Assembly (NCBI GenBank): GCA_018062205.1
Contig: JAGOSP010000002.1
Location: 12,257 to 76,256 of the forward strand
Direction of reading: 5' to 3'
Length of the DNA: 64,000 bases
DNA from: Candidatus Moraniibacteriota bacterium
GTDB lineage: Bacteria > Patescibacteriota > Minisyncoccia > Moranbacterales > UBA1568
This document shows, piece after piece, positions 17,972 through 26,921 of the stretch. The notes beneath the pieces were generated by a model, which saw only the letters and a list, made by a program, of their open reading frames with translations, was not told the origin of the DNA and ran no database searches. The translations under genes were made by a program, and so were the position numbers. Each line of letters begins with the position of its first letter. The stretch's first letter is position 1.

Positions 17972-18100
17972 TTCCCTCTAGCTTATCGTACTTCTCTAAA
18001 AATCGAAAGGTCAGCAAAAAAAATATCCCTAGATAAGGGCTTATATAAAAAAACATAAAAAAATACGTGCACCGGAAACAAATCCTGTCTCTAAAAAAAT

Positions 18101-20584
18101 TTAAATATTCATGATATCCCGAGGAGTAATAGTAAGCGTTCCTCCCGATTGTCCTATACCACCAACAATTATTTTCCGCACGATAATGTCTTCCACATGA
18201 TCGGTAATAAAACGATTGACTGAGCGCGCACCGAAATCAGGCTCGTATCCTAATTCAACAATACGCTCGGCTACACCAGGTTCAACCACAAGCGTAATAT
18301 TTTTCTGTAACTTAACCTGCTCAACAAATTTTTTCAATTTCAAATCAGCAATACGTATTAATTGTGTTATAGAAAGAGCTTCAAAAAAGATCAGATTATC
18401 AAAACGATTCAAAAATTCTATACGAAAAGTACCGTCGTGAACTATCCCGTCTATCACTTGCCGACGAAGTACGCTTATAGGCATATTCTGATGAGACAAA
18501 TCTTTAATCAGAGTAGACCCGGCATTAGAGGTCGCAATAATAACAGCGTTTCGAAAATTAATCTTTTCACCAAACGCATCCGTAATCGATCCCTCATCAA
18601 GAACCTGAAGAAAAATATCAAGAATTTTTGGATAGGCCTTTTCGACTTCATCAAGAAGGAAGATGCAGTACGGTCGCTCTTTCATTGCTTTGGTAAGAAT
18701 ACCTAAGGAGCCATCTTCCTGAGAACCAAGAAGGCGATCAACACTATTCGCTGTCTGGAACTCACTCATATCAAGACGAAACATTTTTTCCTCATCATTG
18801 AAAATCGACTCAGCTAAAGCTTTTACAGTCTCTGTTTTCCCAACTCCTGTCGGTCCAAGAAACAAAAAACTCCCAAGAGGCCGCTTCACATCATGGAAAC
18901 CAGCTCGTGCGCGACGAAGTACCTGGGAAACCTGATTGATCGCCTCATCTTGACCAACAATACGAGCATGCAATTCTGTCTCAAGGTTCAACAATTTCTC
19001 TTGTTCGCTTTGGGTGATTTCTCCAATCTGCGCACCCGTTTTAAGACTCACATATTCATTTACGACCTGTTCATTCAAAAAACGTCTTGGTTGATTCCGA
19101 AAATAAATCATCACCTGTTGCGCTAAATCAAGAACACGTTCTGGGTAAGGCATTTCCCAATTATAACGTCGGGCTGAAGCAATAAGAGCTTGCATCGCTT
19201 TAATTGTCAAAACGACCTGCTTCTTTTCTGATACCGCAAAAAATTGCAAAAGGATCTCTTCGCTCTCAGCGGTATTGGGCTGTCGAAGATAAATAGTTTC
19301 AAAATATTTCAATATTTGCTCATCTTTCTTTGCCAGAGCATGATATCGAGCTGCTACCGCCATACCAATAAATCGAAATGTAGGCATCTCAAGAAATTCT
19401 TCCAATAAGTGAGCTATGTTTGGCTGCTGAGGATCCATACCCAAGAAAAGATCCACGTCTTCAATTACCAATAAAATATTACCAGCCTTTGCGGCTTCCA
19501 AAAAAAATCCTCGAATTTCAGTCTCCGGGTTTTTTCCTTGAGCCACAATATCGCTCATCGCTTCACCTAAATTAAAGAAGAGGACTCGAAGTGAATTAAG
19601 AGGACTGCCTTTTGGAAATGATCGTGAGCGAATTCTTTTCGCAAGATAATGAATGAAAAGTTTTTTTCCAACACCGGGCTCTCCAACTAAAAAGATATTA
19701 TTCTGCTGCGGACGTTCGAGAACAACTGCTGCTACGCGAAATTCTGCTTGACGGCCAACCAGATCCATTTTGTCGTATTCAGTTCGATCGGTAAACGAGA
19801 GGTCGAGACTATATTGGTCAAGCCTGGTCGTATAACCAAATCGCCAACCTTTACCAACCGGTATATTTTTTGAAAAATTTTCTGGAAGCCAAAACCTCCA
19901 TGCACGCTCTTTTTGAATAAATGACTTCTGTTCAATATTAATTGCATACACGTAAGACTCTTCACTTATATTTCGCATTTTGAGCAGAGTAAGGAACGCC
20001 AATTGATTCTCAAGCGCATCTTTTGGAATCCCATCCATATCCATCTCTAATCGTGACAAAACACGTTTAAACCAAGATTTTTTCTGCAATTCAAGAAAAT
20101 CAATATTCTGAGGCAACGCCATCTCGGGCGCACGTAACACAAAACAAATTCCAGCAAACAAAATGCCACACCCACTCAATAAATATGTCCATTGAGTGTA
20201 TTCAAAATTCCCACTCAACAACCAATACAACAGCCCTCCAACGATTGGTAATACTGGCGCAATAAGAAACAAAATATACAATCCCACCGTAACCAACGAT
20301 ACAAATAAAAAAATAATTCCACCAAAAATTACCACCGGTAATCGAACACAAAATCCAAGAAAGCGAGCCAGTACATTCTCAATAAGTCGAATAAATTCTT
20401 TGCCTGGATGGAATCCCCTCCAACTTCGGTATTCGATATCCCGTTTCCATGGTGATACCAAAGTCTTCAGTAATTCAAGTATATTGAAACGGAAAAGCAC
20501 TAGATGAAGAATATTCCAAACACTAATCAGCCCATCTTGAATACCATCGCGATAATACCACCGCACAAAAAGAAAAAGATTCAT
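18101..20584 (-). CDS. Membrane-anchored ClpA/ClpB-like tandem AAA+ ATPase (degenerate D1, canonical D2)
   Basis: Start chosen at MNLFLF (20584). The track's longer 947-aa frame would overlap the divergent gene at 20703. The N-terminal ~270 aa contain several TM helices. D1 carries GEPGVGKK (Walker A with K in place of T/S) and LLVIEDVD (no hhhhDE). D2 carries IVGQDEAI, LFLGPTGVGKTE, IFLLDEVEKAYPKILDIFLQVLDEGSITD and IIATSNAGS, all canonical Clp D2 motifs. No ClpB M-domain insertion is present. Confidence 0.7.
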   Translation of the reverse strand: MNLFLFVRWYYRDGIQDGLISVWNILHLVLFRFNILELLKTLVSPWKRDIEYRSWRGFHPGKEFIRLIENVLARFLGFCVRLPVVIFGGIIFLFVSLVTVGLYILFLIAPVLPIVGGLLYWLLSGNFEYTQWTYLLSGCGILFAGICFVLRAPEMALPQNIDFLELQKKSWFKRVLSRLEMDMDGIPKDALENQLAFLTLLKMRNISEESYVYAINIEQKSFIQKERAWRFWLPENFSKNIPVGKGWRFGYTTRLDQYSLDLSFTDRTEYDKMDLVGRQAEFRVAAVVLERPQQNNIFLVGEPGVGKKLFIHYLAKRIRSRSFPKGSPLNSLRVLFFNLGEAMSDIVAQGKNPETEIRGFFLEAAKAGNILLVIEDVDLFLGMDPQQPNIAHLLEEFLEMPTFRFIGMAVAARYHALAKKDEQILKYFETIYLRQPNTAESEEILLQFFAVSEKKQVVLTIKAMQALIASARRYNWEMPYPERVLDLAQQVMIYFRNQPRRFLNEQVVNEYVSLKTGAQIGEITQSEQEKLLNLETELHARIVGQDEAINQVSQVLRRARAGFHDVKRPLGSFLFLGPTGVGKTETVKALAESIFNDEEKMFRLDMSEFQTANSVDRLLGSQEDGSLGILTKAMKERPYCIFLLDEVEKAYPKILDIFLQVLDEGSITDAFGEKINFRNAVIIATSNAGSTLIKDLSHQNMPISVLRRQVIDGIVHDGTFRIEFLNRFDNLIFFEALSITQLIRIADLKLKKFVEQVKLQKNITLVVEPGVAERIVELGYEPDFGARSVNRFITDHVEDIIVRKIIVGGIGQSGGTLTITPRDIMNI

Positions 20585-20702
20585 GCTATTTTTTTTATTT
20601 TCTCCCTTCATTCTACGTCCATCCGGGCACTTTGACAATATACCACATATTTCCCTAGTTCCTGTTTGAAAAAATAGGCACTTTATCCTATACTTTACTC
20701 TA

Positions 20703-22508
20703 ATGGAAACAATAGACCGCTTGAAAAAAGCACAAATCTTTTTTGCTCTCTCTGGAATTACTGTTCTGGTGTTTATTTGGTTTTCCTTATCGCTCGGAGC
20801 AAATGGACTCTTTTTTACACCACTCATCATTTTCAGCTTCTCCCTTCTTGGAACATTTTTCGCATTCTTGTTTATAAAAATGCTCTCTTTGCTAGATCTC
20901 CCTGAGAAATTCTTTCTACTTCTTCTTGTTGCCATCGCTATCATCAGCGTTATTCCGAGTAAGGATACCCCAACCGTATTTACCGGTCGTGATCAAGGGT
21001 CTATTGCAACAGCTGCTATTGCTCTTGCCGAATACCATTCTTTTTCATTCTCAATTCCTGTTGCACAAACATTTTTTACCCTCCATGGTCCAGGAATCGC
21101 ACAAAATTTCCCTGGTTTCTTTTACTCAAAAAATGGAGAACTTGTCACTCAATTTCCCCTTGCCTACACAGCATGGATTGCGAGTTTTTTTGCGCTCTTT
21201 CATTTAAACGGTTTTGCTCTTGCAAACGGCCTTCTCTTTTCCCTTTCTCTTCTTTCTTTTTATTTTCTTCTTCGACCATTTCTCGAACGAATTCTTGCCT
21301 TCCTTGGTACTCTTCTCTTTGCAACTTCATTCCTGCCTATTTGGTTTGGAAAATTTACCCTTACTGAAAATCTGGCACTCTTTCTCTTTCTCTTTCTCTC
21401 ATTTTCATTGGTTCAACTCAAACAATCTGGACGCTTTCTTTATTATGCCGCCGCGCTCTCAGCCGCCGGTATCTTTTGCTTTACTCGCATAGAAGGATAC
21501 GCTCTATTTGTCGTAACTATTCTTCTGCTCGCTCGCATGCCCTCAGTACGACACATCTGGAAACTCTACCCAAAAAAAAGCATTCTCATTCCTCTTGTAA
21601 TCTTTCTCATTACAAGCCTCGAAACTCTCTCTGAATCATTGCCATTCCTTATTACCATGGCAAAAGCTCTTAAAAATTTCTCCGTAGGAATTACAACCTC
21701 TGGCCCTGCTCTCGTATCAGCTCATTCGCCCCTTCTCTCTCTCCTGATTCTCTTTTTCCTCTATGGACTTCTTTTGGTTTTTCTTTTTGGTTTTGGCGGT
21801 ATCATTCTTTTTTTCAAAAGAAAAGAATACACTCTACTCATTCCAGCTTTTTTGGCACTTCCAACTTTTGTCTATCTTTTATTTCCAAATATTACACCCG
21901 ATCACCCCTGGATGTTACGCCGATATCTTCCTACCATTTATCCTGCACTCGTTTTTTCTGCTATTGTTGGACTCGCGCTTCTTTTTCAAAAAAAGAAGTC
22001 CTTCCCTCTTCATTTTCCATCAGACTCTCGTCGAAGCCTCGTACTTATATTTATTTTCATTGGATTATTTGCTTTTCAAACATCGGCCTGGTGGCGAGGT
22101 CTCTTAACTTGGGAAAATCACAAATTACTTGGACAAACCAAAGATATTGCTGATATTTTTGGTCCAAGAGATCTTGTCTTGGTAGAGAGAAACGTTTCCG
22201 GATCTCCATTTGCTATGATTTCTGGACCGCTAACGTTTCTTTACCAAAAGAATGCTGTCTATTTTTTCAATCCAGAGGACCTCAAAAAAATCGACCGATC
22301 TCCATATGAGCGCACTTGGCTTGTAGTGCCAGCAAATCAATCAAACTACTGGATACAGTCACTTCCTGCATACACCCTCAGATCTGAGCGCGGTTTTCCA
22401 TTGGGATCGATCTCTCTTGGATCGCTCCCAATTGACCAAAAAGATCAACTCCGCTTCCCAGAAATTGCTCCTTTCAATAATTTTTCCACCGTTTTTGAAA
22501 TTGAATAA
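20703..22508 (+). CDS. GT-C-like polytopic membrane glycosyltransferase (ArnT/PMT-like), putative
   Basis: 601 aa with ~12 TM and an Asp-containing first extracytoplasmic loop (PSKDTPTVFTGRDQGS). C-terminal ~150-aa soluble domain. Sits in the glycan cluster. Confidence 0.4.
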   Translation: METIDRLKKAQIFFALSGITVLVFIWFSLSLGANGLFFTPLIIFSFSLLGTFFAFLFIKMLSLLDLPEKFFLLLLVAIAIISVIPSKDTPTVFTGRDQGSIATAAIALAEYHSFSFSIPVAQTFFTLHGPGIAQNFPGFFYSKNGELVTQFPLAYTAWIASFFALFHLNGFALANGLLFSLSLLSFYFLLRPFLERILAFLGTLLFATSFLPIWFGKFTLTENLALFLFLFLSFSLVQLKQSGRFLYYAAALSAAGIFCFTRIEGYALFVVTILLLARMPSVRHIWKLYPKKSILIPLVIFLITSLETLSESLPFLITMAKALKNFSVGITTSGPALVSAHSPLLSLLILFFLYGLLLVFLFGFGGIILFFKRKEYTLLIPAFLALPTFVYLLFPNITPDHPWMLRRYLPTIYPALVFSAIVGLALLFQKKKSFPLHFPSDSRRSLVLIFIFIGLFAFQTSAWWRGLLTWENHKLLGQTKDIADIFGPRDLVLVERNVSGSPFAMISGPLTFLYQKNAVYFFNPEDLKKIDRSPYERTWLVVPANQSNYWIQSLPAYTLRSERGFPLGSISLGSLPIDQKDQLRFPEIAPFNNFSTVFEIE

Positions 22509-22522
22509 TTATTATATTCGGT

Positions 22523-23698
22523 ATGTCTTTTCTCAGTCCATTTTTTTCTATCTCTAAAACTGAACGAGGGGCGTATCTTATTGGTCGTGTTTTTCTCTAT
22601 GCTATCTGTATTCTTTTTACGTTCTTTTTTACTATTCGTGTTGTCTTCCCAACTACTCCATTTTCTTTCAGCTTTCATACTCCCCAATCCACAAAAAATA
22701 CGCTCTCTGATCCGCGCAACTCAGCCGATCAGTCTTCACTCGAGAACGGAAATATCACTGGCAATCAAACTCTTATCGGGAATTTTGAAAGCCCAGGGAC
22801 ATTCTCTCGCATTCGAGTATCATTCACTCTTACTAAAAAATCTCCTGAAAATACTCATTTTAAAGCATCTATCTCTCGTTCATATCGCTCATTTTTCTTC
22901 CCTATCGACGAAACACCGCTTGCCTCATTTGAACATCCTCCTCTTTATCGAGATATAACCGGCATTTATTATGCCGAAATAGATGGCTTTCTAAAACGTT
23001 TTGTCTCAACCGAAGCATACCTCTCACGCTATCCCGAATCATTCGCTTTGCCACTCGAGACAAACACCGATAAAAGCCCTCCTATTTCCAACGAATGGAT
23101 GGGATTCCGACCTGGCAGTCTACTTGCATTTGCCGATGGTGTATTCCTTGTTACGAGTGAACATGAAATTAGACCTTTTGGTAGTCCTGAAATTTTTCTC
23201 TCAATGGGCTATCATTTTGAGAATGTTATTCAGGCGCACGAAGAAGAAATCGGTATCTATGAACGAGGACGAGTTCTCTCATACGGAGCATCTCAATCGG
23301 ATGGAACCTTATTCCAAGATAAAGATAGTGGTGCATATCTTTTAGTACAAAATCAAAAACTTCAACCAATTACTTCGCCAGAATACCGAAAATTTATCCT
23401 CGAAAAAACAACACCGATTATTGCCTCGCTCACCTCACGAAATACAACTCTCTCTTGTTTTCCAGTTTCTTCCTGGTATAGAGAAAAAACATTTACTTGT
23501 GATATATCCAAAATCATGCTTCCTCTAGACTTCGGAAACGCCTTCCAATTCTCACTTAAAAATGTTACTCCAGATATTGACGCAGATCTCGACACGATTA
23601 CCGTTTCGCTTGTAACTGATCGAACGAGGGATAACTTCTCTCTTTTTATAAATCAAATCTTTTCACGACTACTCAACCGATTTGAAAAAAACATATAA
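22523..23698 (+). CDS. Secreted/membrane-anchored hypothetical protein
   Basis: 391 aa. N-terminal TM (AYLIGRVFLYAICILFTFFFTI). The remainder is hydrophilic, with no recognisable catalytic motif. Confidence 0.35.
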   Translation: MSFLSPFFSISKTERGAYLIGRVFLYAICILFTFFFTIRVVFPTTPFSFSFHTPQSTKNTLSDPRNSADQSSLENGNITGNQTLIGNFESPGTFSRIRVSFTLTKKSPENTHFKASISRSYRSFFFPIDETPLASFEHPPLYRDITGIYYAEIDGFLKRFVSTEAYLSRYPESFALPLETNTDKSPPISNEWMGFRPGSLLAFADGVFLVTSEHEIRPFGSPEIFLSMGYHFENVIQAHEEEIGIYERGRVLSYGASQSDGTLFQDKDSGAYLLVQNQKLQPITSPEYRKFILEKTTPIIASLTSRNTTLSCFPVSSWYREKTFTCDISKIMLPLDFGNAFQFSLKNVTPDIDADLDTITVSLVTDRTRDNFSLFINQIFSRLLNRFEKNI

Positions 23699-24110
23699 TA
23701 TTCTTATGCGGTATTCCTTCATTTTGCGCCTCAAAAACCACAAGATGACCCCTGTTTTTTTTGCTCTTTTTACAGAATTTCTCATACTGGTAACACTTGG
23801 ATTTGTAGCACTCTTTTCAATCGAAACGCTCCTCCCAACTTTCGTTTCTGCTCGAATTAACCTTGCGCTTTACTTTGGAATTCTTCTTGCGCTCTTTATT
23901 TCTCATCATGCGCTTTCAATAGGGCTTGATCTAAAAATCCATACTCCGAGTCTTCCTGTAAGAATCTTTCTAATAGCATTCCTTAGTCTCTGGGGTATAA
24001 TTCTCATCGCTCTTTCTCTTCTAGAGTTTCCAATCCTCGCGATAATCATCATCTTGTTGACCTGCGTTCTTCTCGGATATCTTTTCCGAAAAATCTATTC
24101 TCTCATATGA
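23682..24110 (+). CDS. Small membrane protein (4 TM), hypothetical
   Basis: 142-aa hydrophobic ORF translationally coupled to flanking genes (overlaps by 17 and 4 nt). Confidence 0.3.
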   Translation: MKKTYNILMRYSFILRLKNHKMTPVFFALFTEFLILVTLGFVALFSIETLLPTFVSARINLALYFGILLALFISHHALSIGLDLKIHTPSLPVRIFLIAFLSLWGIILIALSLLEFPILAIIIILLTCVLLGYLFRKIYSLI

Positions 24111-25231
24111 CTATTGCACTTCAAGTTGCTGATCTTGATGCTGCTCGTATTGATGGTACGCGTGTGTATCTTTTAGAGCTCCTCAAACGATTTGGCGCAC
24201 TCGCTCCGCACGAAGACTTTCATCTCTATCATAAAAATAAATTCAACCAAGAACTAACACCGCCGTCATTTAAAAATTATACACTTCACAAAATTCCATT
24301 TCCCAATCAATGGATGCAAACCCGTTTCGCTCTGGAAATGTTTCTTTCTCGTCCTGAAAAAATATTCTTTCCCGTACAAGCCGTCTCCGTATTCCTTCCA
24401 AAAGAATCACAGGTTACTATCGTTGTTCATGATCTCGCCTTTAAAAAATACCCTGAAACTTTTACATTCGTCACTCGTTTCAAACTGAACTTTCTCCTCA
24501 AACGAGCTGTTGCTCGAGCACAAAATATTATCGCTGTCTCAGAGGCAACTAAGCATGACCTGCTGTCTTCATTCCCCGAACTCACAAGAGACAAGGTTCA
24601 CGTTATTTATCACGGATTCAATCAAGAACGTTTTGAAACGCGAATCCCTCTCCAAAAAAAACAACATACCCTCAATTTATACGGCCTCAAAGATCAGGGG
24701 TACATTCTCTATATCGGAGCGCTGCAGCCAAGAAAAAACCTCGTACGCCTTATTGATGCCTTTGCTATTCTCAAAAAAAGTGTTCCTGCAGCCAAGCTCG
24801 TACTTGCTGGTGAGCAAGCATGGCTTTCGCAAAAAATTTTTACAGAAAAAAAAGCATCGCCCTATCATGACGATATATTTATTCTCGGTAAAGTACCGTC
24901 TGCCCATCTCGCTGACCTCTACCAAGGCGCTCGCTGCTTTGCTTTTCCTTCACTGTACGAAGGATTTGGACTGCCAATTCTTGAAGCTTTCGCTTCCGGA
25001 ACACCAGTTCTCACTGCTAACAACTCAAGTTTACCAGAGGTTGCAGGAGAAGCAGCCCTTCTCGTAAACGCCTTAGATACTGAGATGATTGCAATACAAC
25101 TCACACGACTTTGGACTGATGATGTACTCAGACAAGCGCTCATCAAGAAAGGAACAGAACGTCTCAAAAAATTCTCTTGGGATATCTGTGCACAAAAGAC
25201 CTTGTCCTTGATTCTTGAAAAGAAAGATTAA
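24107..25231 (+). CDS. Glycosyltransferase family 4
   Basis: 374 aa. EGFGLPILEAFASGTPVL motif. Confidence 0.8.
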   Translation: MTIALQVADLDAARIDGTRVYLLELLKRFGALAPHEDFHLYHKNKFNQELTPPSFKNYTLHKIPFPNQWMQTRFALEMFLSRPEKIFFPVQAVSVFLPKESQVTIVVHDLAFKKYPETFTFVTRFKLNFLLKRAVARAQNIIAVSEATKHDLLSSFPELTRDKVHVIYHGFNQERFETRIPLQKKQHTLNLYGLKDQGYILYIGALQPRKNLVRLIDAFAILKKSVPAAKLVLAGEQAWLSQKIFTEKKASPYHDDIFILGKVPSAHLADLYQGARCFAFPSLYEGFGLPILEAFASGTPVLTANNSSLPEVAGEAALLVNALDTEMIAIQLTRLWTDDVLRQALIKKGTERLKKFSWDICAQKTLSLILEKKD

Positions 25232-26190
25232 ATTTTACTTTTCTGTGTTCGCATTTTTAAAAGCTCAAGAGGGGCAGTAAACTGCATATTTTCTTCTAAC
25301 ACATGAAAATTCTTAATCTGATAATCACGTTGCCGAAAAAATGCAATCGCCTCTGAAATAACGTTCTCTGGCGCACTCGCCCCGGCGCTAATTCCGATAG
25401 TCTTTTTTTCGAACAGCCACGCTTCATCAATCATCGAAATATCATCTACTAGATACGATTCAACTCCTGACATTCGCGCTGTTTCCATCAATCGTTTCGA
25501 ATTGGAAGAATTCTGCGAACCAAAAATAATCACTATTTCTACCTGTTCGGCAAGCGCCTTAACTGCCGTCTGACGATTTGTCGTCGCAAAACAAATATCC
25601 TGAAGCGGCGGAGCAATAATCTGAGGATACTTTCTCTTGAGCGCCTCTGTAACAACATTCGTCTCATCAATCGAAAGCGTCGTCTGTGTCAGATACACAA
25701 GCTTTTCTGGATTTCCGATACTGAGTTGATCAACGTCAAAAATGGTTTCAATAATCGGAATATTTTTATCTGGTGCTTCACCCAATACACCAATTCCTTC
25801 AATGTGTCCCTGGTGTCCAATGTACAATACCTGATATCCCTCTCTGATATAACGCAAAAGTTCCAAATGTACTTTCGTCACAAGCGGACAAGTTGCATCA
25901 ATAAGTGTTATCTTACGTTTTCTGGCTTCTTCATAATGTACTCGGGGAGAACCATGAGCAGAAAAAACCACCACTGAACCCTCCGGTGCTTCCGTAAGGT
26001 TTTCAATCGTGATGGCACCCTTCTGTTCTAAGCCTGCAACAACGTGCTTGTTGTGAACAATTTCATGCTTCACATAGACAGGAGAACCGCATATTTGTAG
26101 CGTCTCTTCAACTGCTGCAACTGCTCGGGCTACTCCGGCGCAGAATCCTCGTGGCGAAGCAAGGAGTATTCTTTTCTTTTCCAGATTCAT
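25228..26190 (-). CDS. ispH: 4-hydroxy-3-methylbut-2-enyl diphosphate reductase
   Basis: 320 aa. N-terminal RGFCAGVARAV motif. Conserved Cys triad context and His/Glu active-site region. Convergent with the GT4 gene, with overlapping stops. Confidence 0.85.
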   Translation of the reverse strand: MNLEKKRILLASPRGFCAGVARAVAAVEETLQICGSPVYVKHEIVHNKHVVAGLEQKGAITIENLTEAPEGSVVVFSAHGSPRVHYEEARKRKITLIDATCPLVTKVHLELLRYIREGYQVLYIGHQGHIEGIGVLGEAPDKNIPIIETIFDVDQLSIGNPEKLVYLTQTTLSIDETNVVTEALKRKYPQIIAPPLQDICFATTNRQTAVKALAEQVEIVIIFGSQNSSNSKRLMETARMSGVESYLVDDISMIDEAWLFEKKTIGISAGASAPENVISEAIAFFRQRDYQIKNFHVLEENMQFTAPLELLKMRTQKSKI

Positions 26191-26195
26191 GGTAT

Positions 26196-26897
26196 TCAGT
26201 CCTTAATTACCGTACCAACAAATGATTTTCCATTCAAAGAGTGCGAAAGATTTATGAGATTTTGCCCATTTAAAATGACAACTTCCATATTTTCTTCTTG
26301 GGCTAATTGAGCAGCAATCGGATCAAACGGGGCGTTCATACCCGGATCCCAATTATCCCCCACTAATTTACGAAATCCTTTCCAATCCATATTTTTGAAT
26401 GGTTTCGCTTCGGGGAATTGCCGCGGATCCCGATCGTACACATAATCAATATTTGAAAGATTGATTATCTTTTTTGATCCAAGATATTTCCCAAGCAGAA
26501 CAGCATCAAAGTCTGTCGAATGCCCTGGTCGCCACCCTCCAGCGACGAGAATCGGTTCCTTGGCTCCGTAAAAATCCTCAAGATCATGTGGATTTGTATT
26601 AATACGAGGGTGAGCGTGTGCCCGAAAAACAGTACGAATAAAATGCGCATTCATTCGAGTGGCATGAATACCGAGCCAGTCTTTGTCGTCATCAGTAATA
26701 CGACTCACATTACCAGCCGCCTCAATATAACGACGAGCAGTCTTCCCTCCCCCTGTGATAAGAATAAATTTTTTCCCAGCTTTCACCTCGCTGATAATGA
26801 GTTTTTTGAAAGCCTTTACGAAATCGGTATCAATAGCATCTGGCACAAGAAGAGACCCCCCAAGAGAAATAACAATACGCGTTGAAAACGGAGACAT
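26196..26897 (-). CDS. pyrH: Archaeal-type uridylate (UMP) kinase, amino-acid-kinase fold
   Basis: 233 aa. IVISLGGSLLVPD, ILITGGGKTARRYIEAA, LGIHATRMNAHF and VAGGWRPGHSTD align closely with archaeal PyrH (Pyrococcus-type) rather than bacterial PyrH. Isopentenyl-phosphate kinase was considered and is less likely (no HGGG motif). Confidence 0.7.
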   Translation of the reverse strand: MSPFSTRIVISLGGSLLVPDAIDTDFVKAFKKLIISEVKAGKKFILITGGGKTARRYIEAAGNVSRITDDDKDWLGIHATRMNAHFIRTVFRAHAHPRINTNPHDLEDFYGAKEPILVAGGWRPGHSTDFDAVLLGKYLGSKKIINLSNIDYVYDRDPRQFPEAKPFKNMDWKGFRKLVGDNWDPGMNAPFDPIAAQLAQEENMEVVILNGQNLINLSHSLNGKSFVGTVIKD

Positions 26898-26921
26898 ACA
26901 CTAAAAAAATTAGAAAATTAT

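Noticed and set aside
18101-20944. 947-aa version of the Clp-like ORF starting at 20944
   Set aside because: The 5' extension (MIAMATRRSRKNF...) is low-complexity and basic. It would run through the divergent promoter and overlap the plus-strand gene starting at 20703. The internal start at 20584 leaves a sensible 118-bp divergent intergenic region.
24510-25067. 185-aa plus ORF
   Set aside because: It is an alternative frame inside the GT4 gene 24107-25231, which carries the diagnostic EGFGLPILEA motif.
26196-26897. Isopentenyl-phosphate kinase assignment (because adjacent to ispH)
   Set aside because: The motifs match archaeal UMP kinase (GGGxxARxYI, PGHSTD) and lack the IPK His-containing HGGG signature. 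Kept as an alternative in the finding.
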